This document shows, piece after piece, positions 57,810 through 64,000 of a stretch of 64,000 nucleotides of DNA. Within the stretch, counting starts at the first letter, position 1. Every line of letters begins with the position of its first letter. The notes beneath the pieces were generated by a model that saw only the letters and a list, made by a program, of their open reading frames with translations, did not search any database and had not been told where the DNA came from. Where the stretch lies: positions 7,899 through 71,898 of the forward strand of contig JACPPY010000055.1 of assembly GCA_016190755.1 (NCBI GenBank), written 5' to 3'. Origin of the DNA: Chloroflexota bacterium (lineage in GTDB: Bacteria > Chloroflexota > Dehalococcoidia > JACPPY01). The translations under genes were made by a program, and so were the position numbers.

Positions 57810-60191
57810 TCACCGCCTTTCGGTCGATGACGCCTCTATCGTAGGGCATATTCCCCCTGTTGTCAATAGATTGAGCAGCACCCTCGCGCCTTCTTTGTCT
57901 ATGGGTTCATTGTTATTGCCGCACTTCGGCGAGTAGACACAGCTAGGACAACCTTCGTCGCAGGGACATTCGCTAATAACTTTCAGTGTTGTCTCCCAAA
58001 GTTGTTGCAGCTTCTCGAATCCCATCTCAGCAATGCCTATGCCACCGGGGTAGGCATCGTATATGAATATGACGGGCTCACCAGCATCGGGATGCATCGG
58101 CGTGGATAGGCCCCCAATATCGTTTCGATCGCAGAGGGCGAACAGCGGCAACATACCGATCGAAGCGTGTTCAGCCGCGTGAAGCGCACCGGCCGGGTCC
58201 AGCCCACGCTCGGCCAGTTGCGCTACGACAGTGTCAGGCACAGAGAACCACACCGCCTGAGTCACAAAGCGCTGTGCCGGCAGGTCCAGTGGTTCCTCTC
58301 CCAGCACCTCGTCTGTGAACTGTTTCTTTCGCCTGAAGCCGATAGTCTGGCTTGTCACATCTACCTCGCCGAAATATGCAGACGTGGTCCCACAGGTTTT
58401 TTCGCTCCGCGTATTTATGATGTGCACATCTGTCCATTCCTTGGGTTGAGTGTAGTAATCGGCATCCACGCGGCCAACAAGGACCGTCCTGCGTTTAAGG
58501 TCGAGGTCAGTCACCAGGAAAGAATCTCCCTGGTGCAGGTATATGGCCCCCGGATAGGCTTCGGAGAACACCCTGTTCTCATCGAGTACTTCCAGCAGCA
58601 CACCACCACGAGTCGAATCAAGCATTTGGAAGCGCTCCTGTGTGGCGGAGCGCAGGTTCACCTCCCGTGCCGGGTAGAAGAGCTTCGACGAAGGATAAAA
58701 CTTCGTAGTCTCAAGGGTTCCAGGGGTATTATCCTTATCGTGGCTCTTCTTAGCCACCAGCAAGCTATTGACTGCCAGCCCCGAACACGCCGTGACCGCG
58801 GATGGTCCGAACAACTTCTCGTCTCTGCCCATTTCCAGCGGCAACTCCCATGAGGCACAAAGCAGATGTTGCCACAGGATACGACTGTTTTCGGGGTTTA
58901 TCAGTGCGCTCTCGAATGGTTTCTCGAAAAAGGCTTCCGGGTGCCGCATGATGTACTGGTCAAGAGGGTTGTCGGCTGCTACCAACATGCTGACCGAGTC
59001 CGTCCGCCTCCTGCCGCTGCGTCCAGCCTGTTGCCACATGCTTGAGACGCTGCCGGGGTACCCAGCCAGCAAAGTGGCATCCAGGTCGCCTATGTCGATC
59101 CCCAGCTCCAGCGCATTTGTCGCTATGGCTCCAAGCAACTGCCCTTCGAACAGCCGGCGTTCTATGCACCTCCGGTCTTCGGCAGTATATCCTGCCCGAT
59201 AGGGCATAACCTTATCCACGAGCGGCGATGAGGCCAGGGCATTCCTTATATAAAGATACATCAGCTCGGTCGTCCTGCGTGTGCGTGCAAAGGCGAGTGT
59301 CCGGATGCCTTCCCGAATAAAGTCCGCAAGGAGCGCGGCAGCCTCCATGTTTGCGCTCCGTCTCGCGTTTTTCGCCTCCCCCAAGAGCGGAGGGTTCCAG
59401 AAAAGAAAGTACTTGGTCCCGCTCGGAGAGCCATCGGCGTCTACTACCTCGAAAGGCACGCCAACCAATTTTTCAGCATGCCCGCCAGGGTTTGCTATGC
59501 TGGCGGAACACGCGATGAAGCACGGGTTTGACCCGTAGTACGAACAAAGGCGTCTCAACCGGCGTAGCACGTTGCTGACGTGCGAGCCAAATACACCCCG
59601 ATATATATGAGCTTCGTCAATGACAACGTACTTGAGGTTCCTGAACAACCTGGCCCAGGAGCGGTGATGTGGAAGGATGCCCAGGTGCAACATATCCGGG
59701 TTGGTCAACACCACCTTTGCCCGCTCTTTGATGAACCTTCGCTCCGTCGCCGGTGTATCTCCATCAAATACACCGAACTCGTCTTCGTTCACGACAATGC
59801 CGCTGAACAACGACTCCAGAGCGCGCCTCTGGTCTTGCGCCAGGGCCTTAGTCGGAAACAGGTATAACGCCCGGCCCCACCGGTCAGACATCAGCGTCTC
59901 CGCCACTGGCAAGTTATAGCACAGGGTTTTGCCGCTAGCGCTGGGCGTGGATACCATCACATTCGCCCCTGACCGTGCCAGGTCCAATGCTAGCGCCTGG
60001 TGCAAGTACAGACGTTGAATCCCACGCTGTTCCAAGCGTTCCTGCAGGCCCGGGGCAAGTGGTCTTTCCGGGTCTCTGTACCTCGGTGCGCGGGACGGTA
60101 TTTGGCGCTCACAGGAAACCTGCCCTTGATACGAGGAGGAACTGGTAAGCCGTCTGATCAGAGCCTGAACATTCATAAACTCTGAGAGCAT
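57810..60191 (-). CDS. DEAD/DEAH-box helicase with C-terminal DUF1998/MZB Cys4 domain (MrfA/YprA-like)
   Basis: TPSASGKT, VIDEAH, QQAGRSGRR. C-terminus CPCDEGCPSCVYSPKCGNNNEPIDK. Confidence 0.9.
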   Translation of the reverse strand: MLSEFMNVQALIRRLTSSSSYQGQVSCERQIPSRAPRYRDPERPLAPGLQERLEQRGIQRLYLHQALALDLARSGANVMVSTPSASGKTLCYNLPVAETLMSDRWGRALYLFPTKALAQDQRRALESLFSGIVVNEDEFGVFDGDTPATERRFIKERAKVVLTNPDMLHLGILPHHRSWARLFRNLKYVVIDEAHIYRGVFGSHVSNVLRRLRRLCSYYGSNPCFIACSASIANPGGHAEKLVGVPFEVVDADGSPSGTKYFLFWNPPLLGEAKNARRSANMEAAALLADFIREGIRTLAFARTRRTTELMYLYIRNALASSPLVDKVMPYRAGYTAEDRRCIERRLFEGQLLGAIATNALELGIDIGDLDATLLAGYPGSVSSMWQQAGRSGRRRTDSVSMLVAADNPLDQYIMRHPEAFFEKPFESALINPENSRILWQHLLCASWELPLEMGRDEKLFGPSAVTACSGLAVNSLLVAKKSHDKDNTPGTLETTKFYPSSKLFYPAREVNLRSATQERFQMLDSTRGGVLLEVLDENRVFSEAYPGAIYLHQGDSFLVTDLDLKRRTVLVGRVDADYYTQPKEWTDVHIINTRSEKTCGTTSAYFGEVDVTSQTIGFRRKKQFTDEVLGEEPLDLPAQRFVTQAVWFSVPDTVVAQLAERGLDPAGALHAAEHASIGMLPLFALCDRNDIGGLSTPMHPDAGEPVIFIYDAYPGGIGIAEMGFEKLQQLWETTLKVISECPCDEGCPSCVYSPKCGNNNEPIDKEGARVLLNLLTTGGICPTIEASSTERR

Positions 60192-60318
60192 ACCATTGCG
60201 GGCTCGTCAAATCCAATCACAAGGTATGTCTCCGGTCTGGACTGTCGCAGCGCAGGAACCGTGAACGGCGACATGTTTCAGTGCGTACCCACTGGCGGGT
60301 AATACAGCGGGCAGAAGG

Positions 60319-60612
60319 TCAGAAAACCGAGAGGACGTCCACCTCGTAGTCCGTTACCTCAGCCTGATACCCGCTGGACGACACGAAGTCCACTATGCGA
60401 TACAGCAACTCTCTCGTACGGCCTTCTTCTATGCCGACGCAAGATATGCCCAGGGTCGCCAGTTGCCACAGGTCCTGGTTAGCTATTTCAGCTATGGATA
60501 TGTTATAGGTGTTATCGAGTCGAGAGGTGATAGACTTGATTATCTGGCGCTTGTCTTTCAATGACTGACTACCGGGAAGATGCAACTTGATCTGGCACAC
60601 ACCGACATGCAT
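60319..60612 (-). CDS. DUF503 domain protein (YlxP-like)
   Basis: 97 aa. VCQIKLHLPGSQSLKDKRQIIKSI matches the DUF503 N-terminal pattern. Confidence 0.8.
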   Translation of the reverse strand: MHVGVCQIKLHLPGSQSLKDKRQIIKSITSRLDNTYNISIAEIANQDLWQLATLGISCVGIEEGRTRELLYRIVDFVSSSGYQAEVTDYEVDVLSVF

Positions 60613-60637
60613 CGCGGGGCCTCACTTGCGAACTTAT

Positions 60638-60679
60638 TTGAAGAGGCCCGCCCCCACGCTGGGGGGCGGGCCTCTTCAA
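60638..60679 (-). terminator. Long GC-rich stem-loop between two co-directional genes (terminator-like, no clear U-tract)
   Basis: TTGAAGAGGCCCGCCCCC / GGGGGCGGGCCTCTTCAA, an 18-bp perfect stem with a 6-nt loop, 42 nt after the zinc-ribbon gene stop. Confidence 0.45.
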
Positions 60680-60721
60680 ATGCCAATTACCAACTTTATA
60701 AGTCCTACGTGTATCCCGAGA

Positions 60722-61018
60722 CTACCGGGCTGCTCTCACCTTGCCATAGCAGCTCAGGCAGTACACCGGCCGCTCTTGTCTCGGCTCAAACGGAACCTGG
60801 GTTTCGGCTCCGCACGATGCACATACAGCCGGATACATGGGTCGTTCCGACTGCCCGGCAGCGTTGGTTCGAGCCTGCCTCCGGGCTTGCCGGCAAGTAG
60901 GACAACGACTGGGCTCATTGCGCAGGCCACGAGAGGCATAAAATTCCTGCTCGCCTGCGGTGAATGTGAACTGCTGTCCACAATCACGACACGTTAGGGT
61001 CTTGTCACCGAATGGCAA
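60722..61018 (-). CDS. Zinc-ribbon domain protein (two CxxC...CxxC units)
   Basis: CRDCGQQFTFTAGEQEFYASRGL.NEPSRCPTC and CASCGAETQVPFEPRQERPVYCLSCY. TTG start is preceded by GAGGAGGTG. Confidence 0.8.
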   Translation of the reverse strand: MPFGDKTLTCRDCGQQFTFTAGEQEFYASRGLRNEPSRCPTCRQARRQARTNAAGQSERPMYPAVCASCGAETQVPFEPRQERPVYCLSCYGKVRAAR

Positions 61019-61462
61019 ATAGCACCTCCTCGTTCATGATCACCGGCTCCATTTGCGTGCGGCTTCCTCGGAAACAGCCAGCTGCGAAACCACGTTGTGT
61101 GATTAACACTGGAGATGATGCAGACTGGAGAAGATTTGAGGGTTTGGAGCCCCCAATGGGGTAACGGTATCTTTCTCTGCCCGAGACATATATAACAACC
61201 AGCACTCAACCTGAGCCTTAACAACGGTTACACTATACTACTAACGACAATCCTTGTCAAGAGCTCGGCGACCGATAATGTTTATTGCCTCAGCAGCATA
61301 GCTCCCGAGTCAGTGACATCACAGTAAACTGTTGGGCAGAACGCCTAGCAGTTGATGCAAAACCGGAGCAGCGCCGGACACCCCGTCCGGGGCAGGCCTA
61401 AGCAGGAAACCGATTGAGTAACACAGAACGAAAGGTCTGCCCAAGCAGAAGAGATACGTTTG

Positions 61463-61491
61463 TGGCAACGATATGTTTGCTGTGCTATAAT
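61463..61491 (+). promoter_or_regulatory. Extended -10 promoter candidate (TGcTATAAT) upstream of rpsO
   Basis: TATAAT at 61486..61491 with TG at 61483..61484. A weak -35 TGGCAA lies at 17 nt. About 45 nt upstream of the rpsO start. Confidence 0.35.
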
Positions 61492-61535
61492 CACCTGGGT
61501 CATAAAAAGAGTCAAAAATGAAGAGGTAAGGAGAC

Positions 61536-61799
61536 TTGGAAAAGGAGAGAAAGCAATCCCTTATTGAGGGATTCGGAGTTCATAGCACGGATACCGGATC
61601 AGCAGAAGTACAGATTGCTCTTCTGACTGAAAGAATCAATATGCTCACAGGGCACATGAAGGCCAATTCCAAAGACCACCACTCCCAACGCGGGCTGCTG
61701 ATGTTGATAGGGCAGCGCAGAAGGCTGCTAAACTACCTGAACCGCCAGGATGTCCAGCGTTACCGCGGGCTGATAGGGCGGCTTGGTCTCCGCAAATAA
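61536..61799 (+). CDS. rpsO: 30S ribosomal protein S15
   Basis: [59 protein letters not shown] start after AAGGAG. Confidence 0.93.
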   Translation: MEKERKQSLIEGFGVHSTDTGSAEVQIALLTERINMLTGHMKANSKDHHSQRGLLMLIGQRRRLLNYLNRQDVQRYRGLIGRLGLRK

Positions 61800-61844
61800 T
61801 TCCCCGGTCGTCAATAGCTTTCGCCTTTTCCATAAAGACAAATC

Positions 61845-64000
61845 ATGGTACGATCTTTTTCGCGCGAAATCGCTGGCCGAACGTTAACTATTGAGACCGG
61901 CAAACTTGCCGAACAAGCCAACGGCGCAGTTACCGTGCGCTACGGCGACACTGTAGTACTCGTCACTGCCTGTGCGGCCAAGGATGTGCGGGAGGGGACG
62001 GATTTTCTTCCGCTTACGGTAGATTATGAAGAGAGGCTTTATGCGGCAGGCAAGATACCAGGTGGCTTCATCAGAAGGGAGGGCAGACCCACCGACGAAG
62101 CTATCATGGTGAGCCGTATGACCGACCGCCCTCTCCGCCCGTTGTTCCCCAAGGGATACCACAACGAAGTACAGGTAGTCATAACTGTGCTCTCAGCGGA
62201 CCAGGAGAACGACCCCGACACTTTGGCAATCATAGGTGCTTCCTCGGCGCTCATAATATCGGACATACCCTTTGCCGAGCCTGTCGGGGCAGTGCACATC
62301 GGATACTTGAATGACAAGCTCGTAGTGAACCCGACTCTGGCCGAAGCCGCAGCCGGCGCCCTCGACCTGGTTGTGGCAAGCACTGGCAAATCAGTGGTAA
62401 TGGTTGAAGCCGGAGCACGGGAGGTGCCCGAAAGCCTTCTTCTTGAAGCCATACGCGTAGGCTACGAAGCCAATCAGGCAATAGTTACCTTGCAAGAACA
62501 GCTACGGGCTGAAGTGGGCAAGCCAAAGCAGGCTGCTCCGGAGAGCAAGCTGGCCTCTATTGAAACGGAAATCGCCGCCGCCATAGATACGTCTCGTATT
62601 GATTCGCTCCTCACGATCAAGGACAAATCATCACGTAATGCTGGGATCGACCTCCTCAAGAAGGAGATGGGCGAGAAGCTCAGTGACAAGTTCACCCAGG
62701 CTGATGTTAACACCGTCATAGATTCCATATTGAAGCACAAGGTCCGAGCGATAATACTGGATACGGGCCGACGTTTGGACGGGCGGTCACACACTGATAT
62801 TCGCCCGCTCAAGTGCGAAGTATCCCTGTTGCCAAGGACACACGGGTCGGGAATGTTCGTCCGGGGACAGACACAGGTAATGACTATCACGACTCTCGGG
62901 TCAATGGCACAGGAGCAGAAATTGGACGGTCTGGGAATAGAAGAGAGCAAGCGTTTCATGCACCACTATAACTTCCCACCGTTTTCGACGGGCGAAGTGA
63001 AACGCATGTCTGGCCGGTCTCGCCGGGAAATCGGCCACGGCGCGCTGGTAGAACGGGCTTTGCTGCCCGTCATACCGGGTGAGGATATCTTTCCATATAC
63101 CATTCGCCTCGTCTCGGAAGTCGCGAGTTCGAGCGGAAGCACTTCTATGGCCAGCACCTGCGCTTCATCGCTGGCACTTATGGATGCCGGAGTACCGATC
63201 AAAACACCAGTGGCCGGCATAGCGATGGGATTGGTGACTTCTGAAGACGGACGCTACGGCGTACTCACGGACATAGAAGGCATCGAAGACGCCCTCGGGG
63301 ATATGGACTGCAAAGTCGCGGGAACCGCTAATGGTATTACGGCGTTGCAGATGGATACGAAGCTCAAAGGTATCGACCTCAAGGTCTTCGAGCAGGCGTT
63401 CCAACAGGCTAGACAAGCCCGGCTGTACATCCTCGATGTCATGCAACAGACCATAAGCTCAAGCCGAGAGCAACTCAGTCGCTTCGCTCCTCGCATGTAC
63501 CGTATTAGCATTGACCCAAGCAAAATAGGGACTCTGATCGGTCCCGGAGGTAAGACCATACGCTCGATCACCGAGGAAACAAAGACTACTATAGATGTGC
63601 AGAATGACGGGACAGTAACTGTTGGATCTCCTGATGAGGAGGCTGCCAACAAGGCAATACGAATGATAGAGGCACTAACCAAGGAGATCGAGGTCGGCAC
63701 TGTCTATACCGGCAAGGTTACCCGCATACTCAACTTCGGCGCCATGGTCGAGATCCTTCCAGGTAAGGAAGGACTGGTCCATGTAAGTGAACTCGCTGAC
63801 TACCGGGTCCGCTCGGTCGAAGATGTGGTCAAGGTGGGCGATGAGATAATGGTCAAAGTGATTGAGATCGACCGTCTCGGACGGGTAAACCTGTCAAGGC
63901 GGGCTGTGTTCACGGACGTCGCTCAGACTCCCGGTGCACCAGCAAAGGAACCAGGTCAGGGTAATATACTGCCCAGGCCGCCTATCCCGGCGCGCCAGCA
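61845..64000 (+). CDS. pnp: Polyribonucleotide nucleotidyltransferase (PNPase), 3' end beyond window
   Basis: Absent from the ORF track because no stop occurs in the window. My own translation gives MVRSFSREIAGRTLTIETGKLAEQANGAVTVRYGDTVVLVTA..., continuing through the RNase PH, KH and S1 regions to position 64000. Confidence 0.95.
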   Translation, partial: MVRSFSREIAGRTLTIETGKLAEQANGAVTVRYGDTVVLVTACAAKDVREGTDFLPLTVDYEERLYAAGKIPGGFIRREGRPTDEAIMVSRMTDRPLRPLFPKGYHNEVQVVITVLSADQENDPDTLAIIGASSALIISDIPFAEPVGAVHIGYLNDKLVVNPTLAEAAAGALDLVVASTGKSVVMVEAGAREVPESLLLEAIRVGYEANQAIVTLQEQLRAEVGKPKQAAPESKLASIETEIAAAIDTSRIDSLLTIKDKSSRNAGIDLLKKEMGEKLSDKFTQADVNTVIDSILKHKVRAIILDTGRRLDGRSHTDIRPLKCEVSLLPRTHGSGMFVRGQTQVMTITTLGSMAQEQKLDGLGIEESKRFMHHYNFPPFSTGEVKRMSGRSRREIGHGALVERALLPVIPGEDIFPYTIRLVSEVASSSGSTSMASTCASSLALMDAGVPIKTPVAGIAMGLVTSEDGRYGVLTDIEGIEDALGDMDCKVAGTANGITALQMDTKLKGIDLKVFEQAFQQARQARLYILDVMQQTISSSREQLSRFAPRMYRISIDPSKIGTLIGPGGKTIRSITEETKTTIDVQNDGTVTVGSPDEEAANKAIRMIEALTKEIEVGTVYTGKVTRILNFGAMVEILPGKEGLVHVSELADYRVRSVEDVVKVGDEIMVKVIEIDRLGRVNLSRRAVFTDVAQTPGAPAKEPGQGNILPRPPIPARQ

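Noticed and set aside
57810-60191. DUF1998 helicase considered as a Druantia (DruE-like) or other defence-island component
   Set aside because: At 793 aa it matches the MrfA/YprA-type repair helicase size rather than the much larger DruE. There are no neighbouring defence-type genes, and the surrounding context is housekeeping.
1-64000. Search for CRISPR arrays, IS elements or transposases, integrases, prophage genes, tRNA and rRNA genes
   Set aside because: None seen. There are no regularly spaced direct repeats, no terminal inverted repeats flanking an ORF, and no recombinase-like ORFs. All sizeable ORFs have housekeeping or metabolic assignments. This was visual inspection only, so short or degenerate elements could have been missed.

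Overview
The window is a gene-dense, core-genome-like stretch of about 60 genes. I found no rRNA, tRNA, CRISPR array, transposase, integrase or phage genes. Content: a tungstate-type ABC uptake operon (tupABC) preceded by a GntR-HTH/periplasmic-binding-domain regulator; an 11 kb co-directional housekeeping array (mog-trmD-rplS-priA-def-cca-secD-secF-CDF-hemW); a minimal division cluster (mraZ-rsmH ... ftsA-ftsZ) with no mur/ftsI/ftsW/ftsQ genes; mutL; a complete acetyl-CoA synthase / corrinoid Fe-S protein cluster (acsB-acsD-acsC-RACo-cooC-acsE) with no CODH catalytic subunit; ruvB, queH, a thermonuclease, pyk, glgA, a GalT-family gene and a pantothenate cluster (DUF2520 reductase-panD-panB-panC); an MrfA/DUF1998-type helicase; and rpsO-pnp (pnp runs off the 3' end). 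ACS without CODH together with ftsAZ without peptidoglycan genes suggests a Dehalococcoidia-like Chloroflexota genome. That is an inference and was not computed. The most interesting signal is at 12794..14422 (minus strand). Two ORFs that were called separately are one reading frame interrupted by a single TGA, and reading through gives ...ALGN-U-GSCT.... This is the signature of the function-unknown UGSC selenoprotein family. A perfect hairpin lies 12 nt downstream of the TGA (SECIS candidate), and a large unassigned C-terminal domain follows. Other second-look items: a small protein built from a tandem-duplicated Cys-bearing module with paired palindromic sites upstream, an extra wHTH gene plus 12-nt direct repeats in front of mraZ, an Ala/Glu/Pro-rich tail on ribosomal protein L19, and a 38-codon ORF translationally coupled to a secreted three-repeat protein. 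Several ORF-track start sites are probably too long. I give revised starts where a Shine-Dalgarno motif, a promoter-like element or a neighbouring stop codon supports them.
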